Assembly (NCBI GenBank): GCA_031835245.2
Contig: JAVKOQ020000015.1
Coordinates: forward strand, 310,001 to 374,000
Direction: 5' to 3'
Source of the DNA: Balamuthia mandrillaris
Taxonomy: Eukaryota
Length of the DNA stretch: 64,000 nucleotides
Made by a program: the position numbers and the translations under genes. Shown here piece after piece: positions 34,062 to 45,653 of the stretch. The notes beneath the pieces were generated by a model. It had not been told where the DNA came from and searched no databases. It worked only from the letters and a program-made list of their open reading frames with translations. Each line of letters opens with the position of its first letter. Position 1 is the stretch's first letter.

Positions 34062-34247
34062 TAGGGGGGGGGGAATACCCCTGCAGCTGTTGGTTGTTGT
34101 TTAACTGAACCACTTGCCTATTATCCTAATAGATTATTGCTTTATTTGTCCCCGATAATCGATAAATGCCACTTGTTATCGACAAACTCAGAAAATGCTG
34201 ACAAAAAATTATCAACAGAAAGCAAGGAGGAGGAAGAAAGGAAGCTC

Positions 34248-35080
34248 ATGAGGAAGGCCAAGCGGAGGAAGGACGAAGAGGAGGAGCAGGCGGAAGGGAC
34301 CAAGGCGGTGGTGCCGCGTGGCGGCCCGCCGTTGAAGGAACGCTACGTATGGTACACGAGCTACGGCTCCAACATGTGCCGCGAGCGGTTCATGTGCTAC
34401 CTGCAGGGCGGGCGCGTGGAAGGCATGAGGCATTCCTGCGTGGGCTGCTCTGACCCCACACCTCCTCTCCGTGATACCTACGTGCCGCTCCCACACCACC
34501 TGTTTGTTTCTTCTTCTTTTCTCTCTCTCTTCCTGGGTTTTGGAGGAAGCGCTGACCAAGCTGGTGAATGACTGCGTGCAGGTACTTTGCAAAGCATTCC
34601 CAAACGTGGGGCGGTGGGGTGGCCTTCATTGACGCCTCGCCAATGGAACAAGGAGTAGCCGATGACGAGGAGGCCGTTCATTTGAACCCCACGACACAAC
34701 AACGGGGAGCCATCACCCACGGGCGGAGCTATCTCCTCACCTTCTCTCAGTTTTGTTCGGTGGTGGCGCAGGAGAACGGCAAGACGGAGCGGCAGCTGGG
34801 CTTCCATCTGGACCGCCTCTCCGCCAAGCCGACCACCAAGGTCACGGAGGGATGGTACGGGTTGGTGGTCTACTTGGGAGAGAGGGAGGGAGCGCCCATG
34901 TTCACTTTCACCAACGAGCAGCCGATGAGTGGGGTGCAGCGGACCTATCCGCCCTCCTCTTACTTGCGGGTGATAGCGGCAGGCCTGCTGCAGCTCGGAT
35001 TCTCTGCGGAGGAGGTGCGGCAGTACCTCCTCGCTAGGAGTGGCCTCACTCACTCCACTTTTCCTTCACTCTCCTCCTGA
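34248..35080 (+). CDS. Gamma-glutamylcyclotransferase-fold protein (family resembling the plant HDA5 C-terminal domain and bacterial homologs)
   Basis: 'VWYTSYGSNMCRERFMCYLQGG...GCSDPTPP', 'YFAKHSQTWGGGVAFID', 'YLLTFSQFCSVVAQEN', 'GWYG', 'PMFTFT', 'PPSSYLRVIAAGL'. One intron. Confidence 0.75.
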
Positions 35081-35150
35081 TGATCATCATTCTCAGCGTT
35101 GTTGTAGTTATAAGCAGTGCTGCTGTACAGAAAGAATACTGATGGAGGCC

Positions 35151-35181
<31 letters not shown>

Positions 35182-35197
35182 TGAGGGATGCAACAAA

Positions 35198-36268
35198 TCA
35201 TTGTTGGTTAGTTGCAGGTGCGGAGGACGAAGCAGAAGCATCAGTTTTTTTCTTGTTCCTGTTTCTGTTGCGTTTCTTCTTCTTTGAGCCGGTGGATGCA
35301 GTGGCAGAAGGGGCACCATTTTTGGAGGAAGAAGATGGTGAAGAAGGGGAGGATGCAGAGCCAGCAGTTGAAGAAGTTGAAGAGGACGATGCAGAAGCGG
35401 GAGGAGGCTGTGTAGACATGTGCCCAGAGGAAGCCATGCGAATGATGTTGTGCAGCAGCTCCTTCTCCTTCAGTCGTAGTAACACCACTGACCGCATGTT
35501 AGCGCTCAACTCACCTCCCAGCAACTTCTTGTCTTCCTGCTCGCCATCAAGAGGAAATAAGATATTATGCCGAAGCAAAGCAAGAGGATACGAAGGCAAC
35601 AAAAACGAACCTCAATGCTTGTGGGATATGCTTTCAACAACTGGGTACATTTGTTGGCAAGAATGGCGAGAGCAGCAATTTCATTCCGCTCGCTGTATTT
35701 ACGGAAGGGATCAAACTTGGTACTCTCCTCCTTCTGGTCCTTGGTATCCTCTTCTTTCTCCTTATTGTTTTGCGGTTTTTGGAGGGCGAGCAATGCCACC
35801 TTTACTTCCTCCTCGTTCATTGCACTCAAGCGAAGAAAAGCCAATAACTCTCCTGGCACAAAGTTATTGTACAATGAGAAGCTTTTGTCCCTGTTACAGT
35901 GTGTCAGCAAAAGCAGATAACATTACTCAAAGAGAGAACGAGCGAGAGTGAGAAATACATTTTGAAGCCACACAAGTGCAACAAAGTAAATTTTTCCTTG
36001 AGGCAAACGTTGGTAGTGTCGGGCAGCCGCATGCGAACAGAAAGGCTGTCATAGTTGTTGTTGTCAAAAACAAAGCCAGAATGCAGAAGCAGCTCTGAGT
36101 TGCCACGAGGGCCGTAGAATATGTATATCTGCTCTCCCTTCTTGAAATTGCGAGTGGCATAACATTCTGTGCATTCGCTATTGATGTCGTAGAACGTTGT
36201 TATCTGACAGAAATGTTTATGACATAGCAAGCTTTTAGGTACGCACTCACAAGCATAGCGAGAGAGAG

Positions 36269-36313
<45 letters not shown>

Positions 36314-37113
36314 ACTTTGCCGTTGTCGTGGTTGCACATATCCCAAGCGGGGATCAGCGCAAATTCCTGCTGACGGGAGAGCTGGTGAAGGGCCTGTGGT
36401 TGTTTATCGTTAAGTGGAGTCAATGGTATGTTGTTTTGTCTTGACATGACGGCAGACATAGCCCATATAAACTCTTCCCAAGTAAAGTTTGCAACATGCA
36501 TTATGTGTGAGTTGTTCTAACATTGTTTCTTCACATTAGCAGCTATCGGAACCAAAGAAAGGGAGAGAGAGAGAGAGAGAGAGAGCACAAAGTTTACCTC
36601 CAACAGGTCAAATACATAGCTATAATGTTTACTGACGTTAGTGATCACTTGAATAGCGCTGTGAAACGTAGGAGAGCCTTGAAGGGCTTTCAATTCGTCA
36701 AGCGTGAAATAGAGACAAGTGCCGTATGTAACCGGCAGAGTTTCTTTGAGAGTAAAGCACGATTAAGAGTAAATACAGGCATCGCTTCAGGGGAAAACAA
36801 GTTGTTGAGAAGAAACAAACTGATGTAGGGTGCCCAGAACGAGGCGTGGTTGTGTTTCTCGATGAGAAGGTGAACAGCGAGGGCGAGGCTCTTCAGCTGG
36901 CTAAGCAATTTGTCAGTAGCCAGCAACGTGCCAAGCCCTGTCTCACTGGTCTTGCTGGTACCAGCCGCCTCGTTTTCTTGTTCCATGGCAGAGAGGGTGT
37001 GCAGCATGACTTTGCGTGGTACCTTCAACACTAGCTCTTCTTCCTTGAGATCCCTCTTTGCAGTGAGACCTGTTGACGCAAGCAATACGCTGGTTAGTTG
37101 CTGAAAGGAAGAA

Positions 37114-37149
<36 letters not shown>

Positions 37150-37725
37150 TGAGAGAGAGAGAACAAGCAGAGAAAGCACAGAGAGGGGAAAGAGAGCACA
37201 ATAAGCGAGGGAAGGAGGGAGAGAGGGAGGGAGGAAAAGAGAGCAAACCTCCTCCTTCTTTAAGGTTGGTAGCAAACTCAAAGTTTTCAAAACACTCAGC
37301 AGGAAAGTCATTTTCTAGCAACCACTCCTTCATTTTGGCAAAGTCATGTTCAGTGGGGCCTTTTTCGGCTGGTCCTGGGTTGATGAGAGAGGGACAGAGT
37401 GTGAGCAGTTTTGTGAAGGGAGGTTCGGAACAAAGAGAGGCAAACCTTTGCGCTTTCGCTTTTGGCGCCTTTTCAGTTCTTCGATGGCGCTGAAGAGTAA
37501 CTCGAAGCGTTTCCACCGCTCTTCTTCTTCTTTGGCCGAGCTAACTTCCATTGCCACTGCGCATCACGTGCCAACCAAGCACAAACAGCGGAACCAACAC
37601 AAAGATCAATCAAAAGCGAGAGGCGAAAAAAAAATTAATGAGAGGAGAGTTTTTGGCCCCATTAACATACAGCTGAACACATGTTCCTTGGCTTGCCTCA
37701 CGCGACCGAGAGTGGCTTGGCTCAT
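35198..37725 (-). CDS. SETD3: SET-domain methyltransferase, SETD3-like (actin-histidine N-methyltransferase), multi-exon
   Basis: 'FIWAMSAVMSRQNNIP', 'ALIPAWDMCNH', 'GEQIYIFYGPRGNSELLLHSGFVF..N.YD', 'ELLAFLR', 'LLKAYPTSIE|EDKKLL', 'LRLKEKELL'. Confidence 0.85.
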
Positions 37726-38068
37726 TTCGTGTTTGTCTGTGGTTACGTGTTGTTACAAAGACGCCTCAGCTTTGCTGCTTCACCAACGCCGCTATTTATT
37801 TGTTGTGCTGCTGCAGCTGCTGCTGCTGGTGGTTTGGTGCTTTGTCCTCCTTTGTGTCTCCTCTTTTTTTGCTTAATTTAATTTTGTGTCGACAGAGCAC
37901 TTCTTTGCTTTTTCTTTTGTTCTTCTGTGCATATCTTCCTCGTTCTTCGTTCTTCGTTCTTCTTCTTGTTCTTCTTGTTCTTCTTCTTCTTCTTCATTTC
38001 TTGTTTCAAATTGGAGTGTTGAAACGATGCAACCGGAAAAAGGGTTCTGTGCAAAAAGGTTCAATGTA

Positions 38069-39302
38069 TTAAAGAAGACCAGATAGTGGTCCACTGAGCA
38101 GGTTGCTATCGGCCACCATTGTCTTAGGTTTGTGCTTCTCCTTTGGGCTCTCCTTCACTTGGTTGGATACATTCGCCGAAGCAGCTCCCATCCTTCTACT
38201 TGCCCTTTCCCCTCTCCGCTTCACCAGTTCTTGTGCGTCAGCAAGTTGCGCCTCTGTCAAGTTGATCTCGCCATTCTGATGTCTTCTTACCAAGCCGGAG
38301 AAGTCAGGGAACAGACAGTCATCGACCGCATCCACGGCTCTATCCAAACCAGAACCCACCAGCGGCTCCTCAAAGAAGACATTCTTGTACTCCATCTCCA
38401 AGGTACAGTATCTGAACTCAGCGGACTCAGTCATATCATCCTCCCTGTTCTGTATGACGTCTGTCCAACAAGACCCGTAATAGAGCAGATGTTGCAATGT
38501 GAGAATTTTAAAAGTGATGAAACCCCTTTAGCGTGATAGACGAGGAAAAGCAAGAGCGCAAGACAGAGGGAGGAGGGAAGAGAGACCTGGAAAATTGAAG
38601 CCGAACTTTTGCACAATGGCGTTGCCGAACCTCAATTCGACGTACTCTCCAGGATGCATTTGGTTGAGATCCACTCTGAGCAACACGTCGAAGCGAGGAA
38701 TATTCTCAATCAAGTCCGCTAGTGAGGTAGCATTGAGGGCAAAAGTATTCATGATCTCTGTTATCTGAGTAGCCGCTATATTACGTTCTATCAGCCACGT
38801 CCAAAAAATCCTCTCTCTCTCTCTCTTTCTCTCTCCCTCTCTCTTTGCTTCGTTGTTGTCAGCTTCGTCTCTAACTATGTTTCTTCTCCTTGAGGTCACT
38901 GCTCTCGCTTTACGTACCCCTCCACAGCTCTCCGCCGAGGCTGTCAATGTCTTTAACGATCCTGACTGGACCATGACCCAACCCATTGATTATCTCGTGG
39001 ATCAACCCGGGATAATCAGCTCTAGCATGACTCGTGTCAGAACGTGAGAACAAGAAATCAATGACCGAATTAACATCGAGAGGTCGTTGATGGGCGGTGT
39101 AGTTGAAGCTGAAGTCCCTCAGTGCCACGGAACCGTTGAAGCGAGGATCCTGGTTACCCTCCACCAGGACGCCATCTCTATAAACGGAGAGAAATGCGGG
39201 TCCTCTAGGGAAGTTTTTGACGAGCGAGATCGGGCTCGGTACCGCCCAAGCCACCGTTGCCACCGCCGCTAAAACCAGCAGCCAAAGGGGTGCGTTTTTC
39301 AT
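38069..39302 (-). CDS. Hypothetical secreted protein, multi-exon
   Basis: Signal peptide MKNAPLWLLVLAAVATVAWA. Three ORF blocks separated by (CT)n introns; NxS/T sites. Confidence 0.65.
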
Positions 39303-39834
39303 GCTGCCCACCACGCCGCGGTCTCCCCGTTATCACTTTCCTCCTCTCCTTTCCACCGACTCAAACTTTGAGAGTTAACTTTACATTGGTGAAGCACAGG
39401 GAAAGAAAAACATTTCCAAAAGAAGCAGAGCAAACGAACAAAAGCCGCCAATGAAAAACCAAATTTCAACGGAGTTTGGCCTATGTTGTCGACAATAAAG
39501 AAGGAAGGGGAGTCGGCCTGGTGCATGCAGCTGCGGTAGCGTGACCACAAGGAGGAGAGAAGCACTGACGTGGTTTCCGGTGCCCTCTAGCGAGCTATGG
39601 TGCACGGTCGGCCGACTGTTCAGCGCGGGCTTTCTAATGATTGACTCGTGAGCGCAAGACCGCCGGTGGTTCTGCTGGGGAACGAAGGAAAGGCGAAAGA
39701 AAGGCGGCAGACAATTCAATGAGTACAAGGAGTTGAGTTTTCTCAAGCACCACCACTTGCTCTTTGCTCTCTTTGTTCTGCACCCTAAACTGTTGTACAG
39801 TTCAAGCAAAACGATATCAACACAAGCAAAGGCA

Positions 39835-40269
39835 ATGGAGCTGGTGGTTACGGAGCAAGAAGCTGGAAAAGGAGACTACGGCGAAAAGCTGCTGGCAGAG
39901 GGCACTTGCATGAAGATGCGCCTGTTCGACATGGAGCCCAAAGAGAGAAAAGACATCCGTGAGGGTGAGGGCCAACAGGAGGAAAAGGAGGAACCCCACC
40001 AACAACCCTACGAAACGCTGGGCTACGTACTGGCCGGCAGAGCCAAGCTCGAGCTCTACCTGAACGAGGAAGGCCAAGCAGAGCAGCAGCAGAAGGGAAA
40101 CAAGAGGAGCGCTCCCACCACACTGGAGCTAAGACCAGGCATGTCGTGGGTGGTCCCAGCGGGTGCGCCCCACCACTACACCGTGCTGGAAAAGTTTAGG
40201 GCGGTGAAAGTGCGCTCCAAGGCACCTTCCCCAGGACAGCTGGCCGCCCCTACCCTCCCTGACCAATGA
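39835..40269 (+). CDS. Cupin-domain protein, bacterial-like, intronless
   Basis: 'GEKLLAEGTCMKMRLF', 'H..PYETLGYVLAGRAKLEL', 'LRPGMSWVVPAGAPHHYTVLEKFRAV'. Confidence 0.85.
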   Translation: MELVVTEQEAGKGDYGEKLLAEGTCMKMRLFDMEPKERKDIREGEGQQEEKEEPHQQPYETLGYVLAGRAKLELYLNEEGQAEQQQKGNKRSAPTTLELRPGMSWVVPAGAPHHYTVLEKFRAVKVRSKAPSPGQLAAPTLPDQ

Positions 40270-40442
40270 TGAGCATCGGCACAGGAGATGAGGGGGAGGA
40301 GGAGCAGGAGGAGGACGGGGAAGAAAAGGCAGGAAAAAAGAGACAACAGGGACAACACAAAACAAGCGACCTGAGAGCAGGTGAACAAAATAAAGGTATA
40401 TATTCACGAAACAAACGGTGTGAGCAGCTTTTTTACTAAGCT

Positions 40443-40895
40443 TTAGAAGTAGTGCACGTCGCTGCTGGGAAGAGGGGGTCTTTGGGGGGTCTCTTTGGCG
40501 AGGGGGTCCCGAACGAGGCCCTTCTGGTAGTCCGTCTTCAGTTGTTGCAGCTCCGCGGAGCGGCTCTTGTCTCCAAGGCTTTCAAAGCGTTTGGCGAGGG
40601 TGGTCCATACTTCGGGGGCTGGGTTGAGGCCGGCCTTCAATTGGGTTCGGAAGTGTTCCAGCAGCTTACCGCTGTCCTTGGAGAGGCCCGCGGGGAGCTT
40701 CTGGGAGAAGCCAAAGTAGAGCTTGCCCTCGCCAGAGGTGGCGCTTATCTGCTCCTTCAGCAAGGAATCTACCTTGCTATCGTCGCCCCACCCCTTGACA
40801 AACTCGATGGCAGCTTCAAAGTCCTTGGCTTCAGCTTTTTTTTCAAGTTGTTTGCGGCGAAGAGCCTCCAACGGGTTTGATGAGGCTGTAGCCAT
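40443..40895 (-). CDS. Hypothetical ~150-aa helical protein
   Basis: MATASSNPLEALRRKQLEKK..., GC3-rich ORF ending SSDVHYF. Confidence 0.65.
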   Translation of the reverse strand: MATASSNPLEALRRKQLEKKAEAKDFEAAIEFVKGWGDDSKVDSLLKEQISATSGEGKLYFGFSQKLPAGLSKDSGKLLEHFRTQLKAGLNPAPEVWTTLAKRFESLGDKSRSAELQQLKTDYQKGLVRDPLAKETPQRPPLPSSDVHYF

Positions 40896-41448
40896 CACAA
40901 ACGAATAAAATAAAAAACAATTTGTGAGAACGGAGACACAGCAACAAACAAACGAGCACCACATCCGAAGAGAGAAAGTAAAGAACAAGACAAAACTGTA
41001 ATCTCACACATTAAAAGGGGGAAAAAACCAAACGAAAGGCTAAATAAAATAAAAATCACACATACTGGCTCCTGCTGTGGGTGCGGTAGCGAAAGAGCGG
41101 AACTGCAAAGAGGAGCGCACAGTAGGGAGAAGGAATCCTCTGCCAGCCACAAAGGCGGCGCTGCTCTGTTTCGCGAAAGCAGTCCTCATCTTTTTTTTTT
41201 CCACAAAGTCCACTCCCCTTTCTCTTCTCTTTTTTTTGTTTTGGCTTTTTTTTGCCGTAGGGAGCGCTCAGGCCGACGTCGGAGGGGAAGTGAGGTCGCT
41301 TTTGTGCTGTGAGGGGCACTTGTCGACCCATGTGTGGAATATCTGCCGACAATATATCGATCGGATTCTTAAAAATTGTCGATAAAAAGTGGAAATATAT
41401 TTAAAGAAGAAGAAACAGACAAGAAAGGAATACACGACAACAACAACA

Positions 41449-42489
41449 ATGATATTACAGGTCTGGTTTGTACGGCACGGGCAAAGCGAGAGCAATCTTG
41501 TTGGTGCCATAGGCAGGAACAACTCATCCCCTCTCACTTCTAAAGGTAGGTGCTTGCGGGAAAGGCGCGCTTAACTCTGAGGAATTGCGCTTAGCGAGTT
41601 TGTTTTCTTTGTTTCTTCTTACATTATAACAGGAGAGGAACAAGCGAAGAAGCTCGGTAAATATTTCAAGAAACACAACATAGACTTTGACTATGTCTTT
41701 GCTTCTGTGGCCGTTCGCGCTTACGACACGGCGCGGCTGGCCTGCGAGGCCGCTGGCATCACAACCCCCATCACACAACGCGAAGAAATAGTGGAAATAC
41801 ACCGAGGCGACTGTGAAGGCAAAACCGTACAAGAAGTGTTTGTTGGAAAGGCGCTGGTACACTTTCTCTTATTTTTTTTTTTTTGGAGGTATGTATATCG
41901 GCTAAGAACAACCTGCAGGAACGCTACAGAGCAGACCCGGGCAACTACCGGTGTAACGGAGGAGAGTCTGAATTGGAAGTGGAAGAAAGAATGGTGGCGT
42001 TTGTTAATAGTGAAGTGCTCTCCCTGTTGGAAAAGAAGGTCAGCAAGGAGGAGCAATCCTCCATCCGACAAGACAGCGAGGAGCAACGGAAGTTAGAACA
42101 GTATGACGATGAGAATGAAGAAGACAAAGGGCACATTCCCGTTGATCCTTATGACCTCCAACACAAGCCCTCCAAAAAAGATCCTGTCATCAGAGTTGGC
42201 ATTTTCAGCCACGGCTGTGCTATTAGGTCTGTTATCTGTTACTCTGCTCTCTGCTTCTCTGTTACTCTGCTCCTCTGTGACTCTGTCCTCTATCCTCTGT
42301 CCTCTTGTCCTTTCGAATTTCGCTGACAAGTGGTAAAAAAGGTGCTTCCTACGAAGCGTGCTCGGCTCTGACCCGTCCGTTCTTAGGTTCTCGCTGGGCA
42401 ACACAGCGGTATCAGAGCTGCACATCGACTCACAGGGAGGCCAGTGGAAAGTGGTCTCCATCAATAGAACGGTTCATCTGCATGACTAA
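41449..42489 (+). CDS. Histidine phosphatase (phosphoglycerate mutase-like) family protein, multi-exon
   Basis: 'WFVRHGQSESN', 'PLTSKG|EEQA', 'S.AVRAYDTA', 'EIHRGDCEG', 'GGES', 'IFSHGCAIR', 'LGNTAVSEL'. Confidence 0.9.
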
Positions 42490-43062
42490 TACAATCATCT
42501 GCATTACCCTGCTCTTGCTTGCTTGCTTCTTGTTCTTCCTCCTGCCTCTCACAACAAGACCCTTTCGCTTGCCCAGCTGCTTTATGCGCCATGTGTGAAC
42601 TGACAAGTCAAGTTGTGCGCTACACGAGCGTCAGCACGAGCGGAGAACGTGCGGCTACAAAATACGCTATTATGGTGAATGCAGCGCAGCACCAACCCTG
42701 ACAAAAAGGCAAAAGCTGACAGATCCAATGGTTTGAAATGGCAATGTCACAGATTTACATATTAATTATATGATGAAGAGGGAGAGTCGGAGGAACTGGG
42801 CCACAATCAACGGGACAAGCGCGCCATGGACGTGTATTGTCCGGTGCTGCGGCGCACCTGTTTGAAAGGTGAGGCAGATATTAAGCAATACTTCGCAGAT
42901 TACAGAGCAGTACGTTTTGAAAGGACGCGAACAACCAACGCCATTGCAGGCACCTGCACTCCGCGATGATGACCGTTTGAACCTTTCCGACGACTTTATT
43001 CTGAGGAACAAATTCTTTGTTTTTTTTTTGCCACTGTAAACGCAAGGCAACCAAACTACTTC

Positions 43063-44152
43063 ATGAACTCGCGACCCAACAACGACCACCAACGACTCTC
43101 TCCACCCTTCTTTTATGGCTCCGTCCCGCCAAGCTGGCAGAGAGAGGATGCCTTGGCTAACCTATCCCAGGCAAGCTCCTCCATCCACCACCTTCCCTTC
43201 CCTGCCTTTCTTTTTCGTCAAACAAAAAAGAGAAGAAGAAGAAGAAGGATGATGGGATGTCTGGCAAACACTGACAGATGTGGAAAAAACAATTGCTATA
43301 TCTTTGCATAGACTATACATGCCTGTTCCGTTTTAATCGAGATGGCAGAGCGTGGCAAGAAAGGACGCTTGCGGCAGAAGCACTGGGATACTATCCAAGA
43401 TGCCACCCAAGTGATATCTCGTTTAGGCCTTCATCCACCTCCATCTTTCCCACAGGTAAAAATGGTTCTTCTTCATCTGTATTTTATGAGATGGGCCAGC
43501 CATGGCGAGTTTGAAGCCGTCCTCTCACCACCTTTTTATCTTGAAAAAAAAGCCACCTGCCCTTTACCACCAGGTAGAACCCGCCCAAACTAGACTCTTC
43601 ACAGAGCCATTATCATCTTCTCAACCGACCAGCGGGAGAGAAAGCCCTTCTGAAGTTTATCTTTGTCAGGAACCACACTTGCACGAAGGAGATGAAGAGG
43701 ACAGTTGCGGCGATGCCTCCACCTCGTCGAGCAGCGGTGCCTCTTCTCCTGTGATGACGCCTAGGGTTCAAATGGAGACCAGAGTAAGTCGGCGAGCTAG
43801 GGGGGACAATCCGAAAGCCATTCTCAAGCAGAGTGACCACTTCAAATGGAAAGGGCTTCACGTTTCAAAGGATTTGCAACTTGTTGCTAGCAGCAAAAGC
43901 AAAAAGCGACGGAACCGCGGACAAATATTCCAGACTTACTTGCAACGTCGTCAAGAGGAAGAACGGAAACGAATCCGAGAGAAGCTGAGCGTGGCAGCAC
44001 TGCTCAACGATAACGAAGAGCCACCAGCCACGCAGGTTTTTACTTCCAGTGCTCCTGCCACCAGCGAAATAGTGATAGCGTGTCCCACGAAGAGGATGAG
44101 AACTTCCAGCAGCAAGTCCTCCAAGAGAACACGAACACCATGCAATAGTTAG
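43063..44152 (+). CDS. Uncharacterised protein, paralog B (exons 43063-43170, 43312-43455, 43574-44152)
   Basis: All three exons join in phase 0; the first intron is GC-AG. Shares N- and C-terminal motifs with the 27439-28512 gene. Confidence 0.6.
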
Positions 44153-44220
44153 CAATTGTCAATGTGACGTTATTTAAATAAAGGTGTATCTTATTTCAAA
44201 AAAAAAAAAAAACTCAAAAA

Positions 44221-44265
44221 AGCTTATAATAGGCGTCTTGCAATCAGCTTATAATAGGCGTCTTG
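44221..44265. repeat. 20-bp direct duplication (AGCTTATAATAGGCGTCTTG x2)
   Basis: Copies at 44221-44240 and 44246-44265, between convergent 3' ends. Confidence 0.85.
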
Positions 44266-44270
44266 TAAGT

Positions 44271-45653
44271 TCAGCTCACTTGATAAGCAAACCGAGAAAG
44301 AACGTTCATAGCTCCCATCTCTTTTAGCAACTCCAACTGAGCGGGTTGTTTGAGGTACCATGAGCCGCTAAAGTTGAGACCGTTAGCAGAGATGCCTTCC
44401 CATTCCTCTTGCTGTCGTGGCACCACCAGCATCCAGTCCTTCGTTATCAGCACGTTGTGAGGGTCGCTGATATCTTCCAGCTTCACCATATCCTTCTCTT
44501 TGTGTACAGCGGATTGACCCTTCTCTTCTTCCCTCTTCTCGCCATCTGCTTCGTCTGGTGGGAGGTGCTGCAAGTGAGTAGGTCGGTGCTTATGAAGCTT
44601 GAGGCCGAGCACAGCAGCCAGCTTATAGTATAGCGCGGAGAGGCGTTTGCCATCTTGGTAGCTGTTCTCAGCCTCCTCGTCCGCATCCAATGCTGCCCAG
44701 TCGGTGGCTCTGCTGATAGACCATGGCAACAAGCAACAACTGTGCTTGAACTTGAACTGAGGAACGGTGAACGGCCTGGTATGCGCCTCATCGTCAGCAA
44801 CAACACAATTCCTAGCTGCCTTTTCTATGTCATCATTGACAGTTGCTCCAGTGGAAGATGACGATGACTTGCTACTGAGAGCAGCTACAGCAGCTTGCAT
44901 GATAGGCTTATGAAACGGAACGATGGGAGTACGCTCCGACTGTGGATAGGGGACCACCTGCAGGTGCTTGTGAGGCTGGCTAGGGCCTGCCTGCTTGCCA
45001 CAATTGTAGAAACCCAGTCCTTGCAGCTCGCATACGACCCGCCACAGCACGGTCATATCCTTGGCTGAGGGACACTCCACCTGCGGTCTAAAGCTGGTTG
45101 TCACGATGAGGACGTGGTTGTCCATCACGTTGAACTTGTTGAGGAGGAGGGCGTAGGAGCCCTGTGTTAAACCTGGTGGACACAGAGGAGGCCATAGTAT
45201 GTGAAGGTCCTCTTCGTAGGGTGGGAGGAAGGGGTCCTTCTGGATGATGGTGGAGGAGAAGGCCTGTGGGCGTTCTGTTGTTTCTGAGGCCTTCTTCACT
45301 CTGATGGAGTGCTTCATGGTCTTCAGTAACACAAAACAAGAGAAGCAGCGGGAGAGGGAGAGGCAGAGGGAGAGAGAGAAAGAGGAGGAGGAGGAGGAGG
45401 AGGAGGAGGAGGAGGAGGAGGAGGAGGAGGAGGAGGAGGAGGAGGAGGAGGAGGAGAAAAAAAGAGAGACAGGTACCTCGATGCCAGTGCTCTCTTCCAG
45501 CAAGATGTGTTCGTTGGAGCGGATGGTGTGCAGTGCCCCACTGGCTTTTGCTTTCTTGCTCCTCTGTGCAACTATGTCCAACAAGGAGGATGAGCGGTGG
45601 CTGTTTTCAGCGCTGTCGCACCCATCCGCAGCCCCACCACCGCGGCGTAACAT
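44271..45653 (-). CDS. Ap4A phosphorylase / ATP adenylyltransferase (APA1/APA2-like)
   Basis: 'KAKASGAL', 'DPFLPPYEEDL', 'LLLNKFNVMDNHVLIVT', 'FYNCGKQAGPSQPHKHLQ' (HxHxQ), 'NVLITKDWMLVVPR', 'GISANGLNFSG'. Confidence 0.92.
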   Translation of the reverse strand: MLRRGGGAADGCDSAENSHRSSSLLDIVAQRSKKAKASGALHTIRSNEHILLEESTGIEVPVSLFFSSSSSSSSSSSSSSSSSSSSSSSSSFSLSLCLSLSRCFSCFVLLKTMKHSIRVKKASETTERPQAFSSTIIQKDPFLPPYEEDLHILWPPLCPPGLTQGSYALLLNKFNVMDNHVLIVTTSFRPQVECPSAKDMTVLWRVVCELQGLGFYNCGKQAGPSQPHKHLQVVPYPQSERTPIVPFHKPIMQAAVAALSSKSSSSSTGATVNDDIEKAARNCVVADDEAHTRPFTVPQFKFKHSCCLLPWSISRATDWAALDADEEAENSYQDGKRLSALYYKLAAVLGLKLHKHRPTHLQHLPPDEADGEKREEEKGQSAVHKEKDMVKLEDISDPHNVLITKDWMLVVPRQQEEWEGISANGLNFSGSWYLKQPAQLELLKEMGAMNVLSRFAYQVS

